Positions 1 to 13,621 are shown, counted from the stretch's first letter. The stretch: 46,051 bases of DNA from Parasitella parasitica NRRL 2501 (GCA_025201805.1 MU619294.1:30247-76297); one strand, 5' to 3'. The notes: generated by a model from the letters alone, not told the origin. Numbers and translations: made by a program.

Positions 1-1138
1 TTTCTTCTAAAAGTGCGACACCTTAAATTTTTTTTTTGCGACATCATTTTGGCAAAAGGTGTACCTCACGAAAATTCGCGATTATGGAATCTTATTATGA
101 TACACCTGTATTGTCACAGTAAGACTGTTAAAAGGTTCGGGTCGGAGTAGGGGGGGGGGGGAACAGGAGCAAAAGGAAATTTAAAGTCAAGTCAATATTC
201 CACTTACACCTACCTTCCAGTCTACATTAGGAAGAGTATGAGTTTGGAGAAATGAGTATATAATGGTTGATATAGTAGTTAGACTCGAAATTCTGGGTAT
301 GCCCTAAGGGGGTTTACGCTGACGGTTCTCCAGGGTGCCACACCAACCTAAAGTACGGTATATCACCAAGGCTTTTGGGGTCGACAGGGCCCATTTCCAC
401 CGCAGCACCAAAATAGGGAAGCCATAAGTTACTAGATACGCCGCGCAACAAGGTCAAGCTATAGATTTCAGGCGAGAGGGGGACAGAGTAAGGAGGAGTG
501 CGTCAAGTTTAAGGAAATATTGGGACCATTCTCTACGAGTGGCGAGATCGTATTGAAAGGTTCAAATTACCATCAAAACAACATGAGTGAGGAGAAATGG
601 ATATTCACGAAAGAGCGGTTAATAGCTGGCAACGCATATTTGAACCCGCTTTTAAGGCCTTAGGTTGGTCTGAACAGTCTTCCCATATGCCAACAAGTGG
701 AAAGACAGCTATCATCAAGATAATCGCTTCGATTTAGACTGGATCAAACTACGGTATTGATACGTATGATTTCACAAGGGTACGAACTTGGTAGCTTCGC
801 AAGTGATAACTCCGATAATTGGTATAAAAATAAAGTGTGGTGTATTATCGATAGATGCTTTGGAAATCTAAAAGGAAATGAAATTATGAGACAAACACAT
901 TTTCGTGCATTCTGATTAAATCTTTTGTATTGATTGCCAAGTGTTTTTAGAGGTGAGGGGGGCATCGGTGGCGTCTGCTGTAAGAAAAAAACGGCAAAAA
1001 AACGTTAGAAGACGTATACAGCTCAGTGTTGCGTGACAACCTCATTATGCATACATTTAGGACCTTAAGGTGTCTCATCTTTTTTTTATATCTATAACTC
1101 ACCTTACATTTTCAATATCTTTATTTGCACAATATCAT

Positions 1139-2030
1139 TTACATAACCAACAATCGGTAAGTCTGAGTATTCCTAAACTCTATATTTCTCCTATGATAAT
1201 TGAAAGAAATGCAAAGCTGTCTAGCTGCAATATCAAAGTAGATGCTTCTAATTAAGTTCAACAGCTTATCACCTAGAAGAAGCATATCTTGAGGGATTGA
1301 AATGAGGTTTTTCGATCTATTTTCAATTAGTCCAAGAGTAGGAATAGCTCCTTGGCCAACCTGAAGAAGGTATTCAGCAAACCGTTGCAATTCAGCAGCA
1401 AAGCTGTTGTCATTTGATTCAAGGGCTTGTTGCACACGCATGTTGGTGTGCAGCCTCATCAATTGGACTTGTGGCCCGAAGCTGGCTTTGTTCAGGCATT
1501 GGCTTATAACCACGGATCTGCTGGCACCGCGGATAATAGACAAGACCTGACCAAAGTTACCACCAAAGACAATGAAAACACCCGCCAAAAGGAGCAGTGT
1601 TATCCATGATATCTTGAAAGGATCGATTGGCAGTTTTTATCAAGTCTTTGCTCACCATTGAACATCCATCCCAGACAATGATCTTTGCTCTCTTGCTAAA
1701 AGAAGCGATTTCTGATTGCGGAGTCATGCCACACACCGTGCTTATTGTTACATCTAATGTTATGTTGAATGTATAATGGGCAGTGCGCCCGCCTTTTAAC
1801 AACAATGCAGCAGTACCACTGGAATCAACAGCAATGGCAATCTCACCTTCCTGCAGCTGCTTGATATGAGCTTTGTAGATGTTCTTCAAAAGTTCTAAGG
1901 AACACGAAGGATGTAGCGCCAGAGACATGTAACAACAGTAACCTCGGGGGATATTTTTCAATATCTCTCGGGGAATACGGTATACATTCTTCCAATTGTC
2001 CCGCCAAAACCTGCTCTTCTTGGAGCTCAA
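1139..2030 (-). mobile_element. Degenerate Helitron RepHel fragment (PIF1-family helicase portion), frameshifted
   Basis: Two overlapping ORFs in different frames carry PIF1/Helitron motifs: SSGTAALLLKGGRTAH, IIVWDGCSM (normally WDEAPM), PFGG-(frameshift)-VFGGNFGQVL (normally GGDFRQ), LHTNMRV, FAEYLLQVGQG. Walker A and the C-terminal half are missing. Confidence 0.88.
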
Positions 2031-2309
2031 TACCTGGGATATCCTTCTAGATGAAAGGTGTATTTTTTTTTTTTTTCACAAAAGTTGACGTATGGTGTTT
2101 CCTTTGCAATCTCGTCATCAGGATTATTGGTGTTATACGGTACTTGAACCATGCAGTTAAAGTGCTTTCTGACAGTGAACGTTCTACGGTAATACCTCAG
2201 CGCTAGATTCTCGGTTGTTGATTGGTTCAGAAAACTTTTTTTTTAAATCCTGGATGGGCTATCAACTTTTTTTTTTTACAGCCTCTACACTTGCATTAAT
2301 TAGACCACG

Positions 2310-3511
2310 ATGAGCAAAAATGTTATGCAAAAACTGATACGGCATATCGACAGTAACGAAAAAACCAGAGAGTTGCTAGAAAAAGATGACCATATCCGAC
2401 AGCATATTAACGACAAAGACGAGCATGGCGATACGGCGCTTCATTTTGCATCGAGAATCCACAGCATGCAAGTGATGGCAATTTTGCTGGAGTTTGGTGC
2501 TGATCCCGAGGCAGTCAACGAACATGGCCGAAGAGCCATACATGAAGCCATTGATTCTTTTGCGTGCATTGAGCTTTTGATTGTTGACTATCATGTTGAT
2601 GTCAATGCAATGAAACGAGGAGACTGGACACCTGTCATGATTGCAGGTTTGTTGTTTGGCTGGCGAAATACGTGTATGCTCACATAAGCAGTACAGCTAT
2701 GAAAGGAAATTTGGAAATCGTAAAACTGTTGACGGAATCAGGCGCATTACTGGACCGAAAAACAAAAGATGGGAGAACAGCGTTGTATCTGGCAGCGCAA
2801 GAAGGTAAGATACAGGCCGTGCAAGCAGATTGTACTCGACTAACGGTTGCTGCATATAGGTCACGTCGAGCTGTCAAAGTATTTGGCAGATCAGTACCCA
2901 GCAGCAATCACTCAAGCTACGAATTCTGGCCGGTATCCGACGCAGGCGGCAGCAATATCAGGCACCCAAGCGGCATTTGAGACTACCCGGTATCTGCTAT
3001 CACACGCCACAATAGCTTTACCCGCCATACTTGCACATCGTGATAATTCGGGCCGAAATATACTACTTGATTCCGCAGTGTCGCAGAATTTGCAACTGCT
3101 GAAATTTTTATTAGATCAAGGAGCAGAGGCGAATGATGCAGACTCGCTGGGTCGAAACATGATTCATCACGCTGCTATGATGGGCCATTTGAATGTGTTG
3201 CGCATGTTGAACACTCTGGATGGCCTTGATTGGAATGTGCAAGATACGTGGGACTTGTGGTCCCCATTGATGCATGCAGCGAGACAGGGTCATTTGGATA
3301 TTGTCAAATATTTGATCGAGACGGTCAAGGTGGATGCAAATGCACAGGATACACAAGGCAGAACAGCATACGATATAGGTGAGTTTTTTTCTTTTTCTTT
3401 TTTTCTTATTGTTCACTGGTTTATGTAATCATTCGCTGCTCAGCTTTGTTATGGCATCATGGGTCGATAACTGATTTTTTGGCTTCGTTGATGGATAAAG
3501 TTGTGGGGTAA
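2310..3511 (+). CDS. Ankyrin-repeat protein, ANKRD16-like (4 exons: 2310-2646, 2697-2804, 2860-3378, 3444-3511)
   Basis: Repeated ankyrin consensus (GDTALHFAS, GRTALYLAAQEGH, GRNMIHHAAMMGH, SPLMHAARQGH). KRGDWTPVMIA resembles ANKRD16. GT-AG introns join the ORFs in frame. Confidence 0.85.
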
Positions 3512-3815
3512 ACCTTATTCGCACATGTGATGTTTTTCATATGAAAACAAATTCATTTCATTGTATATAATGTAATACTAATAATAATAATAATAATAAA
3601 ACATGTTTTATGTTTGAGAGCATCGTTTGCTGTTTCTCTCTCTCTCTCTCTCAGTCTCACTTTTCAAAAAATACAAATCAAAAAGAGACATGCCTGCTCT
3701 TAGAAACGAATTGATCCAGCCCTGTTCAAGCCAAGATTGCTGCCTTGTGCTTGACAAAAGCCATAGCATATCGGATGTTGCATCTCTGGTGTCTTTTACC
3801 CATTCCCAAATCATC

Positions 3816-5229
3816 ATGTCAAACCAAACTACTAATACAAGCCTGATTTCGACAGTAACAGCAACTGTGGTTCAGGAACTGTACAGCACGCTATACCAGA
3901 TGCCCACCAGTCTGCTCAGACTTGCAACTGATATTTGGTCACATGTAAAAAAGGAACCAAAGAAACCTACCTGGAATATCCAGACTACTATAGTGATGGG
4001 GTTCTTGCAAGCATTCAGAGACCAGTCGCTGAGCAATAGCTTGGAATTCTGGAGACTTATGCTGATTGCACCTACTCTCATCAAGCCGCTCACATCTCAA
4101 ATTGAACCTGAATACATTATCGTCAAACGGAGAAATCTGTGTGGCATTTTAAAGCAATTGGACTCTCAAGAAAAGGGAAGCAGGTTAGAAGCAGAGTGGA
4201 TGTCTGCTGTTTCTACGTGGGAGAAGATCTACGGGGGACCTACCACCACCACCACCACCACCACCACCAAGACAAATGGCGCTACCCCACTACTACTGTT
4301 GGAAGCACCACCTTGTTGCGAAAAGGTTGTGTTTTATTTGCACGGTGGGGCGTATTGTGCTATGAGCGCACAAACACATCGAACGCTCACTCATAAAATC
4401 AGTAAATCAACAAAGAGAAGAGTGCTAGGTAACGTTTGTTTGTGTCATCTCTTGCCAATCCCAGCTAACGTATTATGGATATATTATGCTCATCCTCATC
4501 AGCTGTCAATTACCGATTAGCACCAGAAACCAAATTTCCTGGCGCCTTGTATGATGTCGTGCAGTCGTTTTTCTATTTGATCGACCCTAAGGAGAAGCAC
4601 CGTTTGGATCCCAAGAATGTCATTGTCATGGGCGATAGTGCTGGTGGTGGCCTGTGTTTAGCAATGATGCTCTATCTACGAGATCATGGGCTGCCACAAC
4701 CAGAGGGAGCTGTCCTGATATCTGTAAGTGCCATTTGTACGTGGGGGAGGGGGGTTTTTTTTTTGGAATGCTACTCACTATGCATTGTCAGCCATGGGTT
4801 GATTTAACCTTTTCTTATCCATCGTGGAAAGATGCTTCTCTTTATGACTACTTGCCTTCCAACCCAGCAGAGCTTACAGCCATGAATCCTGCTCATCTGT
4901 ATTTGGACGACCCAAATTTGGTTCGAAACCCATACGTATCTCCTATTTTTGCAGACAATTTTAGAAACATGCCGCCTATGCTGATCCAGTCTGGTGGTTG
5001 CGAATCGCTAAGAGACGAGATTAGTGATTTAACCACAAAAATTAAAAATTCAAAATCTACCATGGTATACCATGAAATATATGAGGACATGGTGCACGTA
5101 TTCCAGGCCTTTCCTTTTGCCAGATCAGCAGAAGCGGTCGAAAGTATAGGCTGGTGGGCTAAACATGGCATCCCTTTGATCACACAATTCAAAGCAAGTC
5201 TCGATAGTACCTCCGAAGCGACCACTTGA
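3816..5229 (+). CDS. Alpha/beta hydrolase, hormone-sensitive-lipase (abhydrolase_3) family; introns ~4429-4502 and 4724-4791
   Basis: HGGAY oxyanion motif, NYRLAPE, nucleophile GDSAGG, SPWVDL, ESLRD and MVHVFQ catalytic His. Confidence 0.92.
4242..4269 (+). repeat. (ACC)n coding microsatellite giving a poly-Thr tract
   Basis: accaccacc... in frame as TTTTTTTTT. Confidence 0.9.
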
Positions 5230-5791
5230 TTTTTCGTGGCAGTATAGAATTTTGTGATCCAGGAACGGTTTTTTCTAATAAATAAAAAAATAAAAAAAAT
5301 TAAACTTGTGTTCTAGCAGCTGCTCCCATTGATTATCGCAGTGCATGTGCGTGTAGTATATTCTGACAATGGCGCATGGCATTGTTGCTCAGGGTTCCAG
5401 ACTCGATTCGCTCAACGTACACATTGCATTGTCAAGTTAAATTGTTGCATCGTAATGCAAATATGCCAGAAAAGGAAGGCAGTCATCCCAACTCATCAGT
5501 AGGTAGTACGGTACATGGGAGCGAAATTGCATTCACACATTTTAGTCAAAGGTGGCCAAGTATTCATAGACTTGGTGAGCTTGACAAGTGTATAGATTGT
5601 TTGCATACAAGCAAGTCTGCATTCAGGCAATACCAAACGGCTCTGCTTGCGTCTGAATGAGAGTAGCTTGGCTTCGACACATTTCAGTGCCCCAGTTCAA
5701 AGCAGTCTTTTTTTTGTTTTTGTTTTTTCTCATTTTTAAAATTTTCAGCACAAAGAGTGTTTTTTTTTTTTCCTCTCTTCCCAATACTTTG

Positions 5792-6960
5792 ATGTCTTTT
5801 CCGCTGAATAACAATACTAATACTGCCAGACAGCCACAGCATGTGTGGGTAAAGCCTGACGCACATCTGAATCGCCCGTCCCATAATTCACGCGAGCAGG
5901 AACTCCAGCAGAAACTAAAGCAATCCACACTCGCTCCTGGCGCAAGGAATGCGCATCACGACGAATTCCCAAAACTCCCAGCAGCCGAAATAGCAGCCAG
6001 AAAGAAGAAGTTTGCATCGTTCAAGTTCTTCCTAGACAACCTGGATCCTCTTGTGTCAAAGCGAATTGAAAGAGGTATCAAGCTGATGGGCGCTGTAAGT
6101 ATACCTGTTAGACAATAACGCCTCCCACTAAACTCCTTTGCATGGCAGACACACGAGGCATTCTTCTCAAAGGACTGCACCCATCTTATCACGACAAAAC
6201 CCATTCCACATCACGAAAACTTACTCGCACCTACCATAAAGTAAGGCGCCTCTATTGTCATTTTTTTTTTTTTTTTTAACTTTGTTTTCTTCCCTTTTCT
6301 TATACTCCTTAAAATATACTAAATTGCTGCTTCTAGTTCTACAGCGCCTCCACCCGCTACTAAACCAACAAACAGCACAAAAAAGTATGACGCTATCATA
6401 GAAAGTGCCATCCAATTCAATACGGTGCTGTGGAGTGCTGATGGTGAGTCCTCTTTGTGTCTTGAAAGGCAGAGTACGGCACTCATCTTGTCATTATAGT
6501 TATGCGAAAAACAGTGGAATTCCTGATGAACGTCTCCAGTAGAAAAGAGGTCCAAGAGAAGAGAGCATTAGGCAAGGTATTACAGGAGGAAAAGTTGTTT
6601 GGCCCTTCTACTGGCACAAACAGTGAAGCACAATCCAAACGACCGCATTTCGTGCCTTTTACTGGTCACTTTCTCATTGTTGAAGATGCGACTCAAGCCC
6701 ACCGTCCTCCCATATGCAAACAGTGGACCAAAGAGGTTTTCACCAAAAAACCCGCTGAATACCCTTGGCCCTACTTTAAGCAGACCCCCAAGCTTAGATC
6801 ACCGTTTGGCAAAAGAGCGCCTCCGCCTCCGCCTCCTCCTAAACAACCCACTGCTGATGGTTGTGCTACCAATCTCACTCCTGCTGGTGGTAATACCAAA
6901 AAGATGGATCCTGTTGAAAACAACTTGCAAGAAGATAAAGAAAACATCCCAGTACAGAAA

Positions 6961-6995
<35 letters not shown>

Positions 6996-7824
6996 CCAGG
7001 CTGCGTCTGGCATAGCGACAGCCAAGCCTTTAACAACACCATCTCCCTTATCGTCACAAAAATCCCAACAACAAACAGCAACACAAAAGCAGCCGGATTC
7101 GCAAAATTTCAGTCTACGTGCTTCTGGATTTCAACCCTCATGTACCAACAACATACAGTCTGCATCGACCCGATCTGTGTCAACCTTGCAAGGCGGAAAC
7201 CGACGACTGCCTCCAGGCGACAGTGTCAATCGTTTGGATAAGCGCATGGTAGAAAATGTAAACGCTTTGAACGAGCAAGAGAAGCTTGGTAAGCAAAAGG
7301 CTCAGCAGGAACATCAGGCTCGCCAGGAGCGAGAATTGAAAAGGAAGAGGGACTCTCGATTTTGTGAGAATTGTAACACTGTGTTTGAGAATTTAGACGA
7401 GGTAAGTCGCGAACATTGTATTTTACCTGTCTTGGTGCCTGGCTAACCGCTGTCAAATTAACAGCACTCCAAGCAACAAACCCACCAAACCTTCATCCGT
7501 GATCAAAACAACTTTAAAGAACTCGACGCATTGTTGGCAAAGATACACCGACGTTATAAGCAGCCCTTACCAGACCATATGAAGGGGCTGATCGACACCA
7601 GCATCGATGGAAAAAACGTTGCATTTGTATCTGAACTCAAGCAAACTCGTCCCGCAACACCGTCTTCTCTTGTTGATGCTTCGTCGCCGTCTCCACGAAA
7701 ACTATCCACTGCCGACATGATCAAGAGAAAGTCTATCCCAGCCAGCCAACCTCGCATTGCTACTAATGCATCCAGCGTCAATGAAAGTGAAGGCTGGGGT
7801 AAATATGGAGATGTGTTTCTTTAA
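5792..7824 (+). CDS. DBF4: Dbf4/Dfp1/Him1, regulatory subunit of Cdc7 kinase (multi-exon)
   Basis: Motif N (FKFFLDNLD...FFSKDCTHLITT), motif M (HFLIVEDATQAHRP) and motif C zinc finger (FCENCNTVFENLDE|HSKQQTHQTFIRDQNNFKELDALL across the intron at ~7402-7465). Confidence 0.9.
6961..7002 (+). repeat. (CAGGCT)n hexamer repeat encoding QAQAQA in DBF4
   Basis: Tandem caggct units read directly from the sequence. Confidence 0.9.
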
Positions 7825-8548
7825 TGTAATAATCGCAGCAACTTGTTGATCATGTAAATACGGCATTTTTAAAAACCACCATAGATGATATTTAAATATA
7901 TCTAGAAACAAGATATCATACAATCCAATATTCCCCCATAATGCCAGATAACTAATAAACTTTATGTTTTTAAAATCCAAGTGAAAGAGTGCCTCTAATT
8001 GCCGTGAGACTTTAAACATTGAGTGGAAAACATACAAATCATTGATACAATGATCTGCATATATTCGACACCCTCGCAGTCCGAAAATCGAATAAACTAA
8101 TTGTTTTTACAACCCTCCGCACCATTTGCTACGCGTTTTTACGTGTGCCGTTCCTACAAAAAGCCAGTTTGTGCGAAATCACAAGACGGGAGTACCATGA
8201 TTCAGTAAATTCGAGTCCAAAATGCACCGTCAAGTTTCAAGTAGGTGTGTCATGAATACTATTGTAGTACTATGTAAATTATGTCAGCTGCATTAAATAA
8301 TCATTCATCAGCCAAAACACTCGACAACATGCCACTATGGATACTTTTAAAACGGCATGGTTGTTTTAAAAAAAAAAGGCACACCTTTAAATTTTTCGAG
8401 TCGCATATGATTGCCTTTTTTTTTTTTTTCCATTTGGTCCCCTTTATCCCCTCCTCCTATCCCTCCCTATATTTCTATATTTCACTCATATTTAATCCTT
8501 GAAAGAATTGATGTTTGCTCAAGCCCTCTTTTCTCTTTCAATCTAAAT

Positions 8549-9912
8549 ATGCAGAAAAATTTGGCTTGCACTCATAAATTCATAGAGCACGGTCGATGTT
8601 GGAGCGATGGCTGCCCTTATTGCATCCATGAAACCAAGTTCAACGGTATCTGCGTAGCATGCAGTCATGTAGACGAAAACGAGTAATTTGATTGTGCGTT
8701 GATAGAAGCAGGATCGTTAGTAACCAACCACACACTAGATTTGCACAAGCCAAACAGATGGAAAAGGTTGAACTAAAACGCTTACAAACCGAGAAGAAAC
8801 TGGTATTGGTCATTGACCTCGACCATACGCTTATCCACGCCACATCTGTATACGACGTCGCCGAGTGGATCAACAAACAGAAGCGCAGTGCTACTCATAG
8901 ATCCCGGGTCAAAGAGCTCTTTACAGTCTGCGGCAACAAATTCTCGTTTAAACTACGGTAACTACCATGCTAATTCAGTTTTACTGCGAAAACAATACAT
9001 AATAACAAAAAAAAAAAAAAAAAATCCGCACATTGTGTAGACCGGGATTGCACAGATTCTTGACACAGCTTTCTTCCATGTACGAGTTCCATGTGTACAC
9101 AATGGGAAATAAAGCATACGCAGAGGCTTTCCTCGACAGGATTGACCCGCATCGCACTCTGTTCAAAGGAAGGGTCTTGACAAGAGACGGAAACGGCTGC
9201 ATTTTAAAGAAGAAATTGAGTCGGTTATACCCCACAAATCAGACACAAGTCCTTGTCCTCGATGACTGTGCCAATGTGTGGGACAACAGCCCTAACCTAA
9301 TCCAGATCAAGCCGTATGTCTTTTTCAAGAATGTAAAGCAGGTCAATCCCTTGACGCATGCAAAACCCATCAAAAATCGGCTCTTCTCGTTTGTAAATAA
9401 CTATTCCACGTCGCTCAATATAAAGAATAACTACCATGACGACCACCAGCAGAGCGATTTCAAACTGGATGACTCTGACTTTCTAATGCCCCCACCACCC
9501 TTTGATGACGACCACAATTTCTCCATCTCATCTACTTGTACAAATCAAACAGATACGTTTCTTGACGAGAGTATCGCAGACATTATACCCGAAACGCTCG
9601 AAAATGACAGGGCTTTAGAAAACGTAGGAAAGGTAATGTTATATCTGATCAGATCCTCTCAATAGGAGTATAAGCATCTGATAAAGTCTCTGCCAGCTTT
9701 TAAAGGACATCCATAGCATTTATTTCAAAAACCTCAGTTGTAATATCGAGCCTGACGTCGTTAGCATATTACAATCTCTATGCACAGAAACAAGGACACC
9801 AATGCTAAGACGAAAGAGGAGCAGTAGCAGTTCCGAACCTGACTATGTCCCGAACAAAAAATGCAACAATATTTGTCGATCCACTTCTTCAACAACATTG
9901 ACCATACCGTGA
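8549..9912 (+). CDS. FCP1-like HAD-family RNA Pol II CTD phosphatase paralogue lacking the BRCT domain
   Basis: N-terminal CxH..GxCxxC; catalytic LVIDLDHTLIHA; KLRPGL; HVYTMGNKAYA; VLVLDD..VW...NLIQIKPYVFF. The last exon 9697-9912 reads LLKDIHSIYF...PDVVSIL and then stops. Confidence 0.85.
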
Positions 9913-10194
9913 GGACCATTCATATATCTGTATTGCACATTCAATAAATTACTATTGGTTATTTTACCCCTTTTAGTATTCAAAATGGCCTCTCTTCTTT
10001 TTTTCTCAAAAAAAAAAAAAGTGTTTATTAATTGAGCTGCTTATATTAAGAGTACAAGGCCATACCGAAGAAGCAGGTGCAATTGAGGTGTGAAATAAAG
10101 ACAAATACAAGTTGTGATAAAAACAAGCTAATGAATACTAAAAATAAAAATTATACGAGTTGAAAGAAAAACAATTTCAGTTAGTACTCAGGCA

Positions 10195-11140
10195 CTACAG
10201 GAGGGAATGCCACCGATCTTCCTCCAGTAGTTTGATGAATATTGGATCATATGGACAAGCTATATTTGAGAAGGCGCGATAAGGCAATTTCGGTATGGTG
10301 TGATTCCTTTGCATTGGCAGTGCCAGATGCTGAAAAAATCCAGGAACAGAAGGGCCTCTTTGATATCGTCTATATAATGAGGGCAATCAGATCGGCAGTG
10401 GTCAGTACTTTGACAATGACGACAAAAAGTCGGGCACCTTGTCCCATTACAGAAACACTTTTCTTTGTTCCTCATCTCTAGGATCCCAAATTAATGACTC
10501 TAACAAAGAGATTCCATATGTTTGTGACCAGGGCAGATGGAGCCATCAGCATTCAGTATTTGAAGAATTCGTAATGGTGGAATTGAGAGAGGCATACCCT
10601 TCGTCCCTGAAAGATAAGACCAGTTTTGGACATATCCATGGTCCAAAACATCGCCGAAGCATGGCAAGCGCTTGGCCATTTTTGGTTTCAGCTCCATAGC
10701 AGGAAGAAATGGTAAGTTTTCCGCCTCTAATAAGCGGACAATTGTGGCATCCGCAGGATATGAGGGGAGGCCCTTAACAAAAGTAACCATCTTTGAGTGC
10801 AATTCCTTCATCAATCACAGTCTGACGACCTGGACTGTTCAATAGCCAAGAAAATCTTCATGGTGTGCTGTAGCCTCTGCTTTTCGTTGAATTGGAGCAA
10901 GGCTTTGTTGAGCAATGTGCGATCCTTGACATGAGCCAGATCAATGAGAGCTGAGTCATGTTCCATTTCTTTAACAAAAGAACGAATAGCTGCAACGGGG
11001 GCTGGACGATCAGTGCTGTTGATTGCATTTTGCAAAGACTTTTCCTCAGTATAATAGGTCGAGTAACAAGAGTGGGATTCAAGGAAAGAATCAATTGCTC
11101 TTTTTTTTTTTTTTGTTATTGTTATTGCTATTATTATCAT
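10195..11140 (-). mobile_element. Decayed ORF1 (gag-like) of an L1-type non-LTR retrotransposon
   Basis: Fragments in several frames: DATIVRL..ENLPFLP...FGDVLDHG, then IWDPRDEEQRKVFL*WDKVPD, then a CCHC zinc knuckle CRHCQSTDHCRSDC (~10380-10425). Stops and frameshifts present. Confidence 0.75.
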
Positions 11141-11725
11141 TATTATTATTTGGATCTAACAACATGAGGCTACAGCATTGGAGGTCCATTGTTCAAATTT
11201 CTAGTTTGTCTTTGTTGTATAATTTCTCTCATAGAATGGGAAAAGATGAATGCAAGATGGGTTCAAAAGCGAGACTTCTGACATTATTGTAGCAAGTGCA
11301 CAAATTACATCAGGTCTACTTTCAGACAAATCTTTGCACAATCTGCTATGCTATGAGCCTCAGATACCCACATCTTGCAACCAAGGGAATGAGGTTGTAC
11401 CTGATGATTCAAATAGATTGTTTAAGCTGTGCTTTTTTTTTTTAAAAATGTACTCTTGATTGGTGCATGTAATAATAAAAGTACTCCATTGGAAACATGC
11501 ATGTGCAACGATATTCACATATACTTTATTCTCAGGGCCTTGTTGATTTATAATTACGTAGAGCAATGGTAATCTTGATTGTTTATATAGGGGGTTGCTC
11601 TTTGTTATGATGTACAAGTAGAAGTATAACAATGAAACATTAAAATATTTTAAAAGCATATAAAAGTACACGCGAATTTGATCGAATGGACACCAATAAA
11701 TTTCTTCTACAATATACAAAACCCC

Positions 11726-13621
11726 ATGTCGCAACCATCTAGTTGGAACGAGCTTCCAGGCGACCTTTTACGAGAAGTCTTTGCGTTTGTTGAAGATACA
11801 TCAGACTGGAAAGAATTTAGAAGATTTCTATATCCAATTTTGTTTGTCTGCAAAAACTGGTCAAAGACAGCAAGTTATAGGCTTTACCAAAGGTTGGATC
11901 TTATACAAAGCGAGATTCCTTATATTGCGTCCACACTCAGAACTAAACCAGATATCGGTCCTCTTGTTAAGAGCATTAAGATTCATCTGGATGTCGAAGA
12001 CAAAAAAGCCATTTTCCCCCCAAATCTAGATCATCACCTAAACATCATTTTGAGATGTAGCCCAAATCTTGAGGCATTTGGAAGTACTTCAAGTACCTTT
12101 GAACCTCTGGTCACTTGGAGGCTTCTTGGTCAAGCAGGAAAATCTCACCACGAATGTATGAAGTTTATTAGCTTGATGGACAAATGTATTCCAACATGTC
12201 GCCAGTACACATCACTCTGCTTCAAGTTCATCGATTCGTTATCCGAGCTTCGGCTGTGTCCTGAGGTGTTGCCGGGTCACCATATCAGTGAAGCGGCCAA
12301 CTGCCGCGAATTGAAGGAACGTATACATGAATTCACATCATTGACCAGATTGCAGCTTTGGGGAAACTCAATAGCAAACGTCGCTATTATTACTGAAGTA
12401 GACAACCTAATCGACTGTTACCTCTGTAAAGTACCTTCACTGGAACTTAGAGAGTGTATGTTTTCAAGTAACGACGACTACACAGGAAAAGCGAATCCAA
12501 ACTGCAGCGTAAAGAACCTTCAGCTTACTGACTGCCTGCTTTCAGCGTTCGCACTCCAGTATTTTGCAACAAAGCTACAGGCATTAGAGGAATTCACACT
12601 GACCACCGGCGCTCGCAGCTTTGCAGAACCAGAAACAAAGGACCATTTTGCTGAATGGTGGAGCGAGTTGACGAATGTCTGCCGGAATGCTCAGCATTAC
12701 GATATCAGTATCAAGGATTTAAAAACCAAGACTTATTTGCATCAAATCAGAGGTTGTGCTGAGCTGTTTAACGCACTCGCACAAGGCACCACAGAGTTTA
12801 CCGTGATTTTTGATATAGGAAAATCAACGTCCAAAAGCTACGCCATCGAAATGAAACAAAATGGTTCATCTGTTCGCCTCTTTGATCGTAGTAAAGATGG
12901 CCAAGCATTCATGCAAATTGTACGCATTGCCGATATATTTCAAGCTTTAGAGCCTTGTGTGCCTAATATTATCAGAGTATTGGATATCAAGTACGATCTG
13001 CGTCCTGAAAGAGTGCTAGAGTATCTTGTACATATTGCCAAGAAGGAGAATGTTGGCATCCTGCAAAGGTTCGAAAAGAAGTCGTGGGCCGTCTTCAACG
13101 CTATTATGTCTCTGATTGACGACAAAGCCGTGTTATTAGTGCAGTTGGATAAAACGATCTTCCCTGGATCTGGAGCTGGAGAAATCGCTGTCTCCAGAGA
13201 TACAAGTATTTCTGAACTGAAGCTGACAAACTGTGTATTCTATGATGATGCCTTACGTAAAATGTCGCCGAAACTACCCAAAGTCGACAAATTGATACTT
13301 AGCAGATGCATCTTTCCGACTGAATCTACCTACCAAATCAACATAGATTTCCCAGAAACGAAATTGGGTCACTTGGAATTAAGCCTGAACAGTATTTTTG
13401 ATTCAAGTCGCATTGTCACCCCAGGCAAATGCCATACACTTTCTGTAGCTATAGGTGATGTAATGAGAAATTATGTCTACGCTGAACATGGACACCAAAA
13501 AACGTATCAGGCTACCGATAATGAACCAGTAATTGAGTCTAGATGTGCCGTTAATTTTCACATTTCTATCAAATGTAAAGAGCTGCAAAGTTTGTCTGTT
13601 TCTGATGTAAACGTATTTTAA
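11726..13621 (+). CDS. Intronless F-box / LRR-like (RNI-like) protein, Mucorales-expanded type
   Basis: N-terminal F-box signature WNELPGDLLREVF...LFVCKNWSKTA..LY, followed by loosely repeating LxxLxL segments; single open frame of ~630 aa. Confidence 0.8.
   Translation: MSQPSSWNELPGDLLREVFAFVEDTSDWKEFRRFLYPILFVCKNWSKTASYRLYQRLDLIQSEIPYIASTLRTKPDIGPLVKSIKIHLDVEDKKAIFPPNLDHHLNIILRCSPNLEAFGSTSSTFEPLVTWRLLGQAGKSHHECMKFISLMDKCIPTCRQYTSLCFKFIDSLSELRLCPEVLPGHHISEAANCRELKERIHEFTSLTRLQLWGNSIANVAIITEVDNLIDCYLCKVPSLELRECMFSSNDDYTGKANPNCSVKNLQLTDCLLSAFALQYFATKLQALEEFTLTTGARSFAEPETKDHFAEWWSELTNVCRNAQHYDISIKDLKTKTYLHQIRGCAELFNALAQGTTEFTVIFDIGKSTSKSYAIEMKQNGSSVRLFDRSKDGQAFMQIVRIADIFQALEPCVPNIIRVLDIKYDLRPERVLEYLVHIAKKENVGILQRFEKKSWAVFNAIMSLIDDKAVLLVQLDKTIFPGSGAGEIAVSRDTSISELKLTNCVFYDDALRKMSPKLPKVDKLILSRCIFPTESTYQINIDFPETKLGHLELSLNSIFDSSRIVTPGKCHTLSVAIGDVMRNYVYAEHGHQKTYQATDNEPVIESRCAVNFHISIKCKELQSLSVSDVNVF

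Noticed and set aside
150-965. Possible highly decayed retroelement 3' region on the minus strand (RLVWHPG resembling RLGWLPG) and ORF 744-965
   Set aside because: Stops in all frames and only a weak motif; cannot be supported without a search.
3627-3815. In-frame N-terminal extension of the hydrolase ORF
   Set aside because: Starts at TTG in a (CT)n tract. ATG 3816 looks the more plausible start, though ATG 3690 cannot be excluded.
5376-5660. 94-aa ORF upstream of DBF4
   Set aside because: No motif; probably promoter or UTR sequence.
8131-8136. ACGCGT MCB-like element
   Set aside because: A single hexamer is expected by chance, and it lies downstream rather than upstream of DBF4.
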